From: Cyanidioschyzon merolae
Taxonomy: Eukaryota
Strand: one strand, 5' to 3'
Assembly (NCBI GenBank): GCA_000091205.1
Contig: AP006501.2
DNA: 64,000 bases
The translations under genes and the position numbers were made by a program. The notes beneath the pieces were generated by a model. The model did not search any database. It saw only the letters and a list, made by a program, of their open reading frames with translations, and was not told the DNA's origin. Shown here one piece after another: positions 1 through 12,042 of this stretch (within the stretch, counting starts at the first letter, position 1; every line of letters starts with the position of its first letter).

Positions 1-524
1 CCAGATCTATGACGCTGTACTGCACGACCTCATCGTAGGCCGGGTCCTCCTCGCTCGGCCGCAGAATATCGATGCGAGGACCCTCGTCCAGATACACGAG
101 GCGAACTGTCGCCGGCTCGCGCCCACATACAATCACGTACTCGCCTGCACCACCAAAAGCGACATAATTTGCCGGTACAGGGGTCCGACAGAGTACGGCG
201 AGCGTCTCTCTCGTCGATACGGAAACAAGCGACACTTGTGATGCGTCATCTGCAACCACAAGAAAGCTGCAGCAGGGCGAAAGCGCCAGCGACCATATAG
301 CGCTGACTGCACCGGGACCATTCGGTTCAGCTTCCCATACCCAGTCACACTCTTTCGTGACCGAGAGTCGATTCCCTGCGTCCGTCTTCACCGAACGTCC
401 GAGCACTCTTCCGTCTGATCCGCCTGTGAATACAAACGTTACTGGAGAAGCACCAGCGCCGGGACTCTGAGCACCAACAGCCAGCGAACAAGTGCCAGGT
501 GGGTGACAAACTATCGTTTCCATC
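1..524 (-). CDS. Partial hypothetical protein, possibly beta-propeller-like; the N-terminal ~174 aa lie in the window and the gene continues past window position 1
   Basis: Translating the minus strand by hand from the ATG at 522-524 gives a stop-free frame to position 1 (METIVCHPPGTCSLAVGAQSPGAGASPVTFVFTGGSDGRVLGR...VYLDEGPRIDILRPSEEDPAYDEVVQYSVIDL). The ORF track omits it because it is truncated at the window edge. No family assigned. Confidence 0.3.
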
Positions 525-2364
525 GTAGAAGAAAACCGGTTGACTCTAAGACGTGCGCAGATGCTCAGATACGTTGCTCAGCACACAAAGCGCATATACA
601 CAACATTTGCCATGCACTTGGATACGCTTCACACTGCCGCACGCATGCATGCACGCAATGTCAAGTCCGCTGAGAGGCGCTTCGCGCGTGCAGAGCCGTT
701 CGGAGGCGCACTCCAGATTTGGCGCGAAACGCGTGCAGTTTCGATTCCCTGAGACACGACAGCACCAAGGCGTGCGTCGGGATCGCAGCACCCGCGGAGG
801 CAGATCGGAGCAAATGAGCCGGCGGTACCTGCCTGCAGGTCCGATGCAGACCATGTTTGTGTGTGTGCGCGCGCGTTTTTTTGCTGACTCACACAAGGCG
901 ATAGGATACATGCCCCGCACATTTTGGCGAGCTTCGTGGACATGAAGCAGCATGTCAGGGCAGTATCCCTGACCAGGTGTCGAACGAACGCCGCTCTCTA
1001 TCGCGCGGATGACGTCTCGTCGTAGAACGCGATCAGGTACTACTCCTGCGGCGGAGAATTTTTTTTTACAGAAGCAGCGCCTTGCAATCCCAAGATCGCT
1101 TATAAAGCGCGTGATCTTTGAGCGTCCAGCAGAAGCATACAGAGAGTTGGATGTTCAGCAGGAACGCGCTTCGCGTGCGTGGACGCAGCCTCTACGAGCC
1201 TCTTGTTTGCGAGACCACTAACCTCAGGTTCATACATCGGAAAAGGTGTATCGGCATTGAGACAAGAATGGAAGCAAACGACCCAAAACTTTCGATTTGA
1301 TAGTTCCAGGTGCCACCATCCAGGTACACTGTGCTGGATTCGGACTTGCGATGTGTTTCCACAAACGATATGTGTCGCCTACTTTTCCAGAAGCTTTGGC
1401 AGTTACATCACGCAGCGCGGATTCAGCGTTTCTGTATCGCCTTCGCTATGCACAGCTGCATTCAGAGACCCAATGGGGGCAATCCATAATATTTTCAGTG
1501 ATATCGAATAATGCGACACCATTATCGTACACCATTTGCCGGGGAAAACAGATCATGTGTACTTAGAAGGCGCTCTTGCTTTTCTGGATTGCTGAACGGC
1601 GTCAAACCAGTTCCTGTCTCCAGGGGAAGATCTAGTGCCCTCTATCCTGGTCACTGACCATTTTCCAAGGTAAGCCTGCAGCGTTTGAGCACAATAGCCG
1701 CTCCGATTACAGAACGATTGCCTCGAATGTTCGCCCGACACGAAGCCGCTGGAAGCTCCCGAATCACAACGCATATCCGAATGTAGATCGAGGCGTTCAC
1801 GTCTTGGTAAAGATATTGTTTGCGCGCAATGCTGCTGGTGGAATCTCACACCATTGCGAACCGTTCACCCGCAATTACTCGTCATCTGAAGTTCGACCAG
1901 CTTGCATAAATGCCATCTCGTGTGTGCATCTCTTTTTCGCGCTCTTCCTCTATACCTGTTTCAGCGTGCGCTCGTGGTCATGATCCACGTATGTTGCCGT
2001 CAACGCATCCATGGGAATCGTACAGCATCGACTCCGGTACACGTTCAATGCTCTGGGCGAGGGTCAAGGATGTAGCGCCTGCGCCCAACACTCCATCCAG
2101 CGCCGTGGGCTGTCCCCAGACGACGCACCTCATCGGACCATGGCTTTTCCCACTCACGGAACAAATTCGCGAAAGCACCCTTCTTGCGTACGCAGAAACG
2201 AAACTCGTGGCGACCGCAGCGCGCACCTAAGCACTCCTAAAAAAATGATCCTCACTTGCGTTTCAATGCTCATGGACTCTCTGAATAAAATGTACAATGC
2301 AGCCCGCTTTGCTTGATGCGTGGTGCTCAGAGCGTCGAGACGAGTGCTGACGCCATCACTGCAC

Positions 2365-3904
2365 TTATCGGTATGCCTCCTGGCATCCGTCACACCGACT
2401 CCGGGTCGTAATGCTCCCTCGAAAAAACAGGTCGCATGGCATCTGCTGCTTCGAGCATCCATTATGTTGTGGCATGAAGCTTAGATCGAAATATTCCAGA
2501 TGAATATGGACAGCTAGCAGCCCTGCTTTCGGAATACCTACGATCTGTCGCTTGACGAGGAACGTCGAGGCGAGACAAGTTACGCTAGCCTTCATCGAGG
2601 GAGACGCTACAAAGCCCTTCATAACGTCCCGCATCTCGAAGTTCGCAAGATGCTCTCCGTCGATTTGTGTTCGTGCTGAGTTCACGAAAACGGTTTGAGA
2701 CGGATTCTTTCGCTCCGGCAGTTTTCCCGTTCTCGTCATCATCGTCCATTTTTGAGAAGTATCGTTCTGCTCTTGGTCTCGTACATCAATCGCCTTCTCC
2801 TTTACATCACTGAGTGGCATGAACCGGTTGCCATCCTCCAAAATCGTTTTCGATCGAGACTCAAAGGAATTGAGTGTAAGTTGGAACCGAATCTCACCTT
2901 TCCTATCAAAGCATCTGGGATTCCGCAAGCGCCGTATCAACTCATTCATGTTCGCGAGCAGACCCACGGAATGCAGCTCGCGTGTAGGTCCCGAACCCAC
3001 GCATCTGCGCACGAGCGGAGGAGTATCAGAGCAGTTCAGGGCTATTGAAAGTAGAAAACGAATTTTCCAAGGAACATTAGCTGAAGAACGGTGTCGCGGG
3101 TGCGAAAAACTCGTCTATGGAACCACGAGCATAAGAAAGGTACTTGCGAACAGCGAAAATGCTTGCGGCTGAATTGAAACCCGGGAAAAACGCTCGCACG
3201 AACAGCAGCTCAACACCGATCTCAGCTGCGTACTCCATGGTCGTGTTTGCGTGATGGAGGGCGAGTTTGCCAAGGTACAAGCTAAAAGGGTGTGGGAAGC
3301 AGAAGACCTCAATACTGCTTCGACGGAGAGTGATTTCTTGAACAACACCTGTCTGTTTGGAGATGTACGGGCGACTACATGATAGAATCGTCGCCTCGGC
3401 TAATGTTGTAAGGGTGCTCGCTTTTCCCTTCTTTGCAAACAGCGCTTTGCCGGTTACTGAACACCTGTACAAAGATCTACAATTTCTTCCGAGTGCAGCC
3501 GCATCGAGTGAGACGACCACGAATCCGTCCGGTGATAAGCGTTCGTGCTTCACGGTGGAATCGATTAAGTTTTGTTCCATACGCCATGGTCTCGCTCGGA
3601 AGCGTACCTTTGCCCTTGCCCATCGGCATACCTTCGTACCCACTCGTACCAACGGTACGAAATCTTTAGAAACTGTGGCATCTCCAATCGTTTCTCTTAG
3701 TGAACACATGGCGTGACCTTGATTGACAATGACACCTTCATGCAGAGCGTCTTTGACAAGCAATGTTTGGGGTGCACGACGTCCACTGTCTGAACTCCGC
3801 GATTGCATCGTGCATCTACCGCTTGACCGCAGGATAACTGAAATGTATCCATGAGTGTGTTTCCCGCATGCTTGCAGTCCCGGAATAAAGTCTTTCGCAG
3901 ACAT
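2365..3904 (-). CDS. Hypothetical protein in two ORF blocks (3904-3077 and 3012-2365) joined by a +1/-1 frameshift; possibly a pseudogene or a sequence error
   Basis: Block 1 ends ...PATPFFS with TAA at 3077-3079. The reading frame of block 2 (VRRCVGSGPTRE...) stays open upstream through the 65-nt gap to within 1 nt of that stop. Block 2 'starts' at a GTG. Combined length about 490 aa; no confident family. Confidence 0.35.
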
Positions 3905-5012
3905 TTCTCCAGTCTACAGGAGCAACCCCCATTGTTCGATATTTGCGCGATAAGCAACCAAAATCAAAAAGGGCGTGCTGATACAGCTGTTCTAGAATGG
4001 ACTGCTCTGGGCGCAACGAACTTGGTGCAGCTGCAGGGCCGACGTCCTAACATAGCCACAGCCAAATTCATGCCGCTTACAGCCCGAGGCCAAGCACGTA
4101 TCCAGAGCCAAGAGTGCACCCATGCAGGTTCCAGCAGACTAGACACGCTAGAGTCATCAGCGCCCTATCCGGGGGGTTTAGTCTAAAAGCGATACGAGCA
4201 CGACATGGCGCCGCAGCGCTGGAGCCCGAGTTCAGTTCTCCACATAACCGTTCCAAAACAAAGTTTCACACCTCGCGCTCCGCGATCAAGGAGCCCCTAA
4301 ACCAGCGAAGTATGTTCCATGATACCGCGGCCTATATGCAGTTCACCATTTGCCTGCGGCACCGGGCCGGAAACACACTCTTAGCTTGTCCATGCAAGCC
4401 AGCAGACGACCATGTTGTGAGAACGTTCCGGGGCCAAGACCAATGCGAGTGCGACTAGTCCCATTCCCCCGGATACGCTTCGAGTGTCGACGCGCCTCGG
4501 TTACCTAGCCTCTGGATCGTGCACCTATCCACGTTTGCAGCTTTCAATGCTTTCGTCAGTATGCTGTAACCAGTCCGGTCTAGGCGCCTTTTTCATGACA
4601 GACTTGTCGGGAAGAAGTGAACTGTCGAAGTCCCATATACAAACTGTGAAACAGACGTTCAAGCGCAGAGAAGTTACGTGCACCCTGCAAACATCAAAAC
4701 TGACCCAGAAACGATGAAGTGTTTCTCTCTCTACACATTGAAAGATTCTATCGGCGTCATTTGGCCTCAACTTTTTCGCGAACACTCGAGCCTGCTATTC
4801 CATTCACGCGAGATCTCATATCATTAACCGACACGTTGCAGCGCCTAAAGTTGTGCCAGCACGCCTCACCTGCCTCAATACTGACCACGCTCGCAATATA
4901 CCTATAGGAACAGGCTGCAGTCATACCCAATACGTCGCGCCTTGGCGCTAGTTTGTTTCCGCGCACGCTTTTCATGGTATAGAATCAGTGCAATGAACCA
5001 GTATCTACGACG

Positions 5013-8000
5013 ATGGACACAGGTTGCCGGTACTCGGGGCGTAACGCTTTCCACCTCAGCAGAAAGGTGGGCCTGCAGCGCCCCCATAACGCGCGCTCGC
5101 TCCATCGGACGCTCCTCGAGTTGGTACGCTCCGTTGCGCATCAGGGACGGCGAGACGTGCCCTGCGAGTCCGAGGCACCCGTCACCGCTATGCGTTCAAG
5201 ATGCAAACTCTCTGAGTCCCCTTGCACTTCAGTGAACCCCCCAAAAAAGCTCAAGGTACCGCAGAAGAGAACTCCGTTCTGCCGTATGGGCACCTGCGCT
5301 CCGAGAGCGCTCAGCCGAAACCCTCCGGTGCACGTCGCACGACGGCTGCTGCAACGCCGGACATCCATCGCACGGCCGCACACAAGCCGTTCGTACTGGA
5401 GCCGTCAAGGAAGCCTTTTGGCGATAATCTGCTCTCTGAGTTTCTGCAAGTGCCTTTATCCTATGGACGCTTTCATTTGCGTGAAGATACACAGTACAGC
5501 TTTGGTGAGGTCACCGGCTTGGAACCTTTCCCGTTTCGATGGCAGACACAGCTGCGTATCCGGTTGGCGACGCAGCCGCGGACGCCGTACTGCGGAAACG
5601 CTTCGACTGTTGCAGGATGAGGACGCGGTGCCTGAACCGCGGACACAGAAGCAGTCGCCCTTCTCGGGGATAGCGACTAGTGAGTCGGTGCAAAATGTAT
5701 CCAAGTATGCGGAGGTTCTGCTCCAAAAGAATAAGGCACTCCAAAAGTGGTCGGAGAAGAGTCTGGAGCGAGAAAACCCCGGGGCAGGGACGACGCTGCT
5801 CGAGGACGTGGCTCACGACGCCACCAACGAGGAAACCTCAGCGCTCAGTGCAGAAGAATCAAAATTTGCCCCCAGGGGGAAACGGGGCCGCCGTCCTCAT
5901 CGGGAACAGAGGCCCGCTGGTTACTGGAACGCCGACAACGTCGTTCGTGAGGTTCTCGAGTTCGTGCGCTCGCGCCCAAACTCCGGAAACGGACCCCAAT
6001 ACATGCCCACTTCGAACGAGCTGCGAGAGGCAAAACGCTCTGATCTCGTTCGAGCCATCATTGTTCACGGGGGCTACGCGAAGGTAGCAGAGCGCTGTGG
6101 CCTCCAGCCGCATCGACGATCGTTTGGGTACTGGCGCAAGGACTTTAAGAACCTCGAACGAGAGATTTGGAGTTTTATAAGAGAACGTGACGGCCCCGAA
6201 GCAGTTCCTCGTGAATTTAGAGGCGATTCCTCAACAAGGTCACGTAGGAAGAGCACCGCCGATGCCAGCGCTTCACAGGCGACCCCAAATGAACCAACGA
6301 CTCGGCCGCGTATGCCTACCTACAATGAGCTCGTAGCAGCAAAGAAGCGGATTCTTGCTTACGCGATTGCGGAAAACGGTGGCTTTCTCGAGGTAGCCAG
6401 AAGAATGAACCTGCAGCTCAGCAGCGATGAGACCCCCTGGCGCGATCGCGATGCACTCGTTGCGGAGCTGCTGCGTCTTTTCCCGGACTTGATGGGAAAA
6501 CAGAAACGCTTTCCGCGGCAACAGGATCTCGTTCGACTTGGTCGTTATGACCTCGACTGGGCCATTCATCGTTGGCATGGCGGTTACACACGACTAGCTG
6601 CCGAGCTTGGATACCTGCGATCTCGGCTACCGTGCAAGCCGCGAAACTTTTGGTCTGATGAACGGAATTTAGAGAATGAGTTGCGAGCGCTGCTGCAAGC
6701 GAACAATATGGGTTGGCGGATGCCGAATCGAAAGGAGCTCGAGGCTCTCGACAGGCACGACCTGATCTACGCCATTCGCAAGTTCGGCGGTTTCCTCACG
6801 GTCGCAACGAAACTGGGGCTATCGCGGGATGCGCTTACTCATACGCGGCCTCGAGGGTACTGGTCGGATTTCGAAAATCTGCGCACTGAATTGCAAGCTT
6901 TTGTTCAAGAAAATGGCTATCCCGGCATTATGCCGCGCCTCGAGCAGCTTCGTATGTACAACCGGGAGGACCTGATCAATGCAATCCATCGCCACGGCGG
7001 AGCAGCGAATGTGGCACGCCGCTTGCATCTCTTCTGGTACGGCCCGAAGACTTTCTGGCGCAAGTTCGAAAACCTCGGACAGCGACTGAGGGCATTTTTG
7101 CACAAGTCGCGCTTTTCCCATGACAAGATGCCTACACAGCAGGAACTCATAAGCGCTGGACGTGTGGATGTGGCGTACGGTGTCCATCTGCACGGCGGTG
7201 TGTATGAGGTGGCACGGCGCCTTCGACTGCAGGTTCTCGATCCTCCGCGAGCGCCGTTCTACTGGAACGATATCCAGAACGTGGAGACGGAACTCATTGC
7301 TTTTGTTAACAGTGCAGTTCACGCCGCATGGATACAGAACGGTGTCATGCCCACGAGCATGACCATCGTTCGAAGTGGGCGGCGTGATCTCGCTGCCGCT
7401 ATCCGACGTCATGGTGGATGGGATGCGTTTGCTCGCCGTTTGAACCTGCGCCCAGCCGCACCCAAGCGCCCGAAAGGCTACTGGAATACCCTGCGCAACG
7501 TGGAAGCAGAGTTGCTGCTCTACGTACAACAACGCGAACAAGTGATTGCAGAGTTCGTGCGAAACTACGCTGCGGACTTTGTACGTCGCCCAGGAGACGA
7601 CGAAGACGACCCTGACGCAGCAGGAAAAATAGCATATTCCGATGTTTCTGAAATCCTCGCTGGGAACGTCGGCAACAAGCGCTGTCGCACTGTCGTGGGT
7701 GCGATACGCAACGGTGCGTACGTACCAGTGATGCCCACCGCTGAGGAACTTCGCCTCGACGGACGTGCAGACCTTGTTTTCGCCTGTGAACGCATTCATG
7801 GCGGGCTTGCTACTGTTGCCCGCGGTCTCGGGTGGCCACTACTCGCGGAGCGACTACCCCCTGAGTCGTTGAAGAAGGATCGCAACGTTCTCGTTCAGGC
7901 GCTGATGACCATGTGGATACCGATTTACGGGACTGCAGGTGAGATGCCCACTGAGGCAGATCTGTTACGAACCGGTGGAATCGACATCCATGAGGCTATT

Positions 8001-8189
8001 GTTTGCCATGGCGGCTACGTAGAGGTTGCACGCTCCTTGAATTTACGCCATCCGGAGGATCCAGAATGGACCGATTGGTCTGCGAAACGCTTCTCAAAGC
8101 AGCGCATGTCGCGGCCTTTGCAACCGCGATCGAAGAAGGGCTCCAAAGCATCTCCAGAAACGAGCGGTGATTCTGCTGATGAGGTCTGA
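5013..8189 (+). CDS. Tandem-repeat protein of 1058 aa: low-complexity R/S-rich N-terminus, then at least 10 copies of a ~60-aa repeat with consensus W-x-[DN]-x-x-N-[LV]...EL...MP[TS]..EL...GR.DL..AI..HGG...VA..LGL; family unknown, probably a helical nucleic-acid-binding repeat
   Basis: ATG at 5013 verified. The repeat recurs visibly: MPTSNELREAKRSDLVRAIIVHGGYAKVAERCGL / MPNRKELEALDRHDLIYAIRKFGGFLTVATKLGL / MPTQQELISAGRVDVAYGVHLHGGVYEVARRLRL / MPTEADLLRTGGIDIHEAIVCHGGYVEVARSLNL, each preceded by (Y/F)W..(E/F)NL..EL. Confidence 0.6.
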   Translation: MDTGCRYSGRNAFHLSRKVGLQRPHNARSLHRTLLELVRSVAHQGRRDVPCESEAPVTAMRSRCKLSESPCTSVNPPKKLKVPQKRTPFCRMGTCAPRALSRNPPVHVARRLLQRRTSIARPHTSRSYWSRQGSLLAIICSLSFCKCLYPMDAFICVKIHSTALVRSPAWNLSRFDGRHSCVSGWRRSRGRRTAETLRLLQDEDAVPEPRTQKQSPFSGIATSESVQNVSKYAEVLLQKNKALQKWSEKSLERENPGAGTTLLEDVAHDATNEETSALSAEESKFAPRGKRGRRPHREQRPAGYWNADNVVREVLEFVRSRPNSGNGPQYMPTSNELREAKRSDLVRAIIVHGGYAKVAERCGLQPHRRSFGYWRKDFKNLEREIWSFIRERDGPEAVPREFRGDSSTRSRRKSTADASASQATPNEPTTRPRMPTYNELVAAKKRILAYAIAENGGFLEVARRMNLQLSSDETPWRDRDALVAELLRLFPDLMGKQKRFPRQQDLVRLGRYDLDWAIHRWHGGYTRLAAELGYLRSRLPCKPRNFWSDERNLENELRALLQANNMGWRMPNRKELEALDRHDLIYAIRKFGGFLTVATKLGLSRDALTHTRPRGYWSDFENLRTELQAFVQENGYPGIMPRLEQLRMYNREDLINAIHRHGGAANVARRLHLFWYGPKTFWRKFENLGQRLRAFLHKSRFSHDKMPTQQELISAGRVDVAYGVHLHGGVYEVARRLRLQVLDPPRAPFYWNDIQNVETELIAFVNSAVHAAWIQNGVMPTSMTIVRSGRRDLAAAIRRHGGWDAFARRLNLRPAAPKRPKGYWNTLRNVEAELLLYVQQREQVIAEFVRNYAADFVRRPGDDEDDPDAAGKIAYSDVSEILAGNVGNKRCRTVVGAIRNGAYVPVMPTAEELRLDGRADLVFACERIHGGLATVARGLGWPLLAERLPPESLKKDRNVLVQALMTMWIPIYGTAGEMPTEADLLRTGGIDIHEAIVCHGGYVEVARSLNLRHPEDPEWTDWSAKRFSKQRMSRPLQPRSKKGSKASPETSGDSADEV

Positions 8190-8531
8190 TTCGTGCTCTC
8201 GTTTTCCGGGGGACACGTTCACACGTGTGAAGTACTCGTATCGAGCGGCAGATTCCGGTAGGTAGTGCGATTGCGATACGCCCCAGGGCATACAGAAGGC
8301 ATCTGTTTCGAAGCGGGGAATCCTCGCAATGAACCCGTCGCCGAGCGGCTCACGCTTACGAACCGAACCGCAGTGCGCAAGGCTTTGGTTCATGCGGGTC
8401 TTCCGGCTGGTGACCCTTGTCGTAGCGTGTTCTGCAAACAGACGATAGACGGTACAATATGATTACCTGCACGGACGTCTTAGACTCGATTTCGCCGTCT
8501 GAAAGGTTTTCGGGCCCGGAAGGCAAGTACG

Positions 8532-9886
8532 ATGCGCTACACCGGATTCAGATAAACATGGAACATTGACCCATCCGCTATGTTCCTTTTCATATGATTT
8601 TTTCTGAGCGATCTTAGATGCACCATTGGCATTCGAGGTGCAGCAGTAGGTGCGTACGGATTCATACGTGGTTTCGGGGCTCCAGCTTGTCTATTCAGTG
8701 TGCCGCTATCGACTAGTTGGTGCTGGAATTTTTTAGTGCGCTGGAATCAAAACATTACGTGTTGCTATCGAATACGGGATCGCAACAGAATACATGTCAC
8801 TGACCAAATCGTATGTACAAGCGTCCGCTCTCCTCCTTTGCTACCGTTTCGTATGCTTCAGTCACACAATCTTCGTGTTTTCCATCTTTCCGTATCACAG
8901 AGGCTCGTGAGTGCGGCTACTCGTACCGCCAGATTGACGCGGATAATACCTCGACAACGCCCCGTAGCGGCCGCTTTGTAAGCGCATCCCCAACAGTCAC
9001 TGAACCTGTCACGTCAAATGATCCTGATCGATTGAACGGCAAATCCGTCTGCCTTCGTGGGCATCGACGGAACTGCATTCACGCTCAGCTTGATCCATCT
9101 CACCGGGCTATGCTGGCAGGGTCTCCCGTCTCTCCTGCTAGAATGTGAGAGCATCGTCGACTAGGGCTTGGGTTAGCGCAGCGATCGCTTCCGGGGCGGC
9201 GAGCGCCTCACCGCTTCTGACCGAGTCAGCGTCGACGCATCGAGAATGCTCGACATCGTGCACCGACCTGGACTTTGCTGCAGATACCTCTATTATCCTG
9301 GATACGATCGCGTTCCGCATACGCTCTATCGAACGGAGCAGCGTGCGCTTTCGAGTGCAGCGGACAGCGTACTTGCCAAGCGTCCGCTCAGGAGTGGAAA
9401 CAGCGGCGGGTTCCATGTCGAACCTCGTTTACTGCGAATAGCACGAACACGGGCAAAGCGTGTAGGCATCACGCGCGATAGGGCGACGCTCGGATGACGA
9501 GGGTGTTTGGCGAACACACGGGAACGACTACCGTTATCCAAGCGTCGCTGCTGCAGCGCACGAATCTATTCTGTATACGAGCAAGATGAGCGCGACGAGG
9601 GAAGCGAAGCTCGTAACGTCCGCCTGGACGTGACCTGCATTGAGCACAGCCAAAAGCAACGAGACCGACACATGAGCGCTGCACTCCATGTCCTTCGACG
9701 AAGGAGAACGCTGCTGGCGTGAGAGGAAACGGAGGCGTATGGAAACACGGAGAGAAGCGAAAGGACCGAGAGGCAGTCGCACCAGAAACCGTAAGGGCTG
9801 GTCTTGACGACGCCCGAGAACACACTTAAACTTTAGCTCGCATACCCGCATAAGAGGTGCATTTTCATACTACGCTGACATGGATG
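8532..9886. repeat. Direct repeat copy 1 (about 1.35 kb); partner at 28117-29451
   Basis: Homology starts at 'cagataaacatggaacattgaccc' (8532 / 28117) and ends at 'gcattttcatactacgct' (9886 / 29451). Embedded ORFs 8700-8981 and 28276-28557 differ at 2 of 93 residues, so the copies are about 98% identical. Confidence 0.85.
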
Positions 9887-10593
9887 TAGAGTGCACCCCG
9901 AATGGAACCATCTGAACGCGCTCCACCTTGTTCTAATTTGGGTGCAGCACACGGGCTCACCACCTGTTCGAGACAAACGTTGCGAATGATCTGCAAGTGC
10001 GGCGCCCTACCAGTGCCTCTACGCATGGAGATTTCCATAGATATTCGAGCAGTTCTTGTAGGGCGCTCTAGCGCCATTACATGGAAAACATTCTGTGCTG
10101 CACACTCGAATCGGTGCCCTGGTTGAAACCAGTCATTCAGGATGCTGGAGCAACAACCATCTCAGCGGACATGGACCGAGCATCCCCGGTTCTAAAAGAA
10201 GCAGTGTTGCAGATCGGTGATACGGCAGGCCTCTCTAGAGAGTACCCAGACAGGCATGTATGAATCTGGGGTATTTTCGAATGCTTTCAGGACGATCATG
10301 ATGATGCGTTGCTTGCTCGGAAGCATCTGCAGCGTACCTGTTTGTGTACCAGCGCACGCGGGTGTGCGCCCTGTGCACCTGCGCAGCGACGTACGTGATT
10401 GTCTACCCAGGCCTCCTTGTCTGTTGTATCGTCACCGACTACTAGACGAGTTGCTGCACATGCGCAGCAGGAGAGAGGTCTCGTCGATGTAACAAGCTGG
10501 TGTGTTGAGCCCTGGTGAGCTGTTCACTGCGTTCTGTCTGGTTTCGTCGGGACTCTTGAACGCCCGGTTCGTCGTTGCTGAGTTTAACCAGCG

Positions 10594-11535
10594 ATGACGT
10601 TGCTGCACTTTAGAGGAAGGCGTCAAGCCGAGACCAGCCGCGCAAGCACCGAGATAAACTCTGAAAACCGCTCGCACTCTTCAACTGGTGGTGCTTTGAA
10701 TCCAAGCGAGGCGAACACAGAGCACGACGAGGTGATGGCGGAGCTTCACGACCTTCTGGTTCGTGAGCTGACCGATTGCGGTCTCATTGACTTGTTTACG
10801 TCGCAAAGCTTGCCTCAGTATGCATCAGAAAAGGATACCCTGACCGATGCAGGGTCAGAGAAGCAGCACAAAGCGACCGAGCTGGGAAACGGCGCCTCGG
10901 GCGGCGTGTTTCAACACTGGACCGGACCCTCGCGGCCTGCACCAGCTGACTTGTTAACCGTAGAGTCGCCACACGGTCGCACGGAGGAGCCAAGCGGTAA
11001 CCGCGGGTCCTTTCAGCGGGACGTACCGCCACTCGAGGACCAAAATGAGCCCATTTCCAGGGCTATGCAGCGCATCCGAGCTGCACTGCGACGCTGGAAA
11101 CCGCTCCACGGCGAGGTCGACCTCGAGACCCTCGAGCGCCTCAAGAACTCGATCGTTGAGCGCTCTGCCTGGTTTTTACGCGAGCAGGCAGAACAACGAG
11201 CCCGCTGGAAGGCAATGCGTCAAAACCCTGCCTATGTCGTTGAAGACTTTACAGCGAACCAGCGAACCTTCTTCTCATGGATTCGGACCAGTTTCCGTAT
11301 GGTCCTTACGGGAGCAGCCATTGGAAAGCTCTTGCACGGAACCAGCGTCATTATTCTCGGGGTACTGTATGCTGCCCTTGGCCTAATCTGCATTGCAGCG
11401 GGCACGATGCATTTTTACCATTGGCAGCGAACATTGTACAATCATCGATATTTGCGGGATTCGCGTCCTTTCATCGTGGTGTTCCTGGGAATCACTGCGA
11501 CCAGTGTCGTCGCTCTAATGGCTTGTTGGAAATAG
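10594..11535 (+). CDS. DUF202-domain membrane protein
   Basis: ATG at 10594 verified. The C-terminus carries the DUF202 signature NQRTFFSWIRTSF followed by hydrophobic helices (MVLTGAAIGKLLHGTSVIILGVLYAALGLICIAAG). Confidence 0.45.
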   Translation: MTLLHFRGRRQAETSRASTEINSENRSHSSTGGALNPSEANTEHDEVMAELHDLLVRELTDCGLIDLFTSQSLPQYASEKDTLTDAGSEKQHKATELGNGASGGVFQHWTGPSRPAPADLLTVESPHGRTEEPSGNRGSFQRDVPPLEDQNEPISRAMQRIRAALRRWKPLHGEVDLETLERLKNSIVERSAWFLREQAEQRARWKAMRQNPAYVVEDFTANQRTFFSWIRTSFRMVLTGAAIGKLLHGTSVIILGVLYAALGLICIAAGTMHFYHWQRTLYNHRYLRDSRPFIVVFLGITATSVVALMACWK

Positions 11536-12042
11536 GTGCCAGCCCGGAGTAAGCGCCGCTGACCGTGACCCGACGCTGCACCACTGAGCGAGCGCATTCT
11601 CTTGTGCACATGCGAATGCGTCGCTATATCCGTATCGTATCGACCTGTATAATACTATCCATGACATTGCAGGCGCACCGCTGCAGCATTGGGCATCTGC
11701 TGACACCCGACTAGGCCAGGTGCGGTGTTGTCTTCAAGTGAATCTGGGTTACCACGGCGGATAAACATGCGAACCTCGACGACATTCCGGATCTGACTTG
11801 TTCCCCTCGCCCGCTCTGTCTACGGATGACGTCAACTCGACCAATGTGCAGCGCTTCTCCGCTCACAACCAGCGATGCTTCAGGCAAAGTCCTTCACCGT
11901 TATGCTCGATGCTGTGCGCATGCGGTTATTGGAAAAGGCGACCCCGATGCTGATACTCTGTTTCGTACATATCTCAGTGCATTGCGCTCTGGTCTGAATC
12001 AACGTCACTGGATATGTTCGTCGGCTTTGCCCAGAGAAACTG

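Noticed and set aside
6819-7799. 326-aa antisense ORF inside the repeat-protein gene
   Set aside because: It lies entirely within, and antisense to, a strongly supported repetitive coding region. The repetitive, GC-balanced sequence readily yields long spurious antisense frames, and it has no domain features.
9100-9850. Multiple overlapping 60-120-aa ORFs inside both direct-repeat copies
   Set aside because: They overlap in several frames on both strands and have no motifs. Identical duplication explains their presence in both copies.
8532-9886. The direct repeats as LTRs of an LTR retrotransposon
   Set aside because: There are no TG...CA termini, no internal gag/pol, no PBS/PPT, and the interior is 18 kb of ordinary cellular genes.
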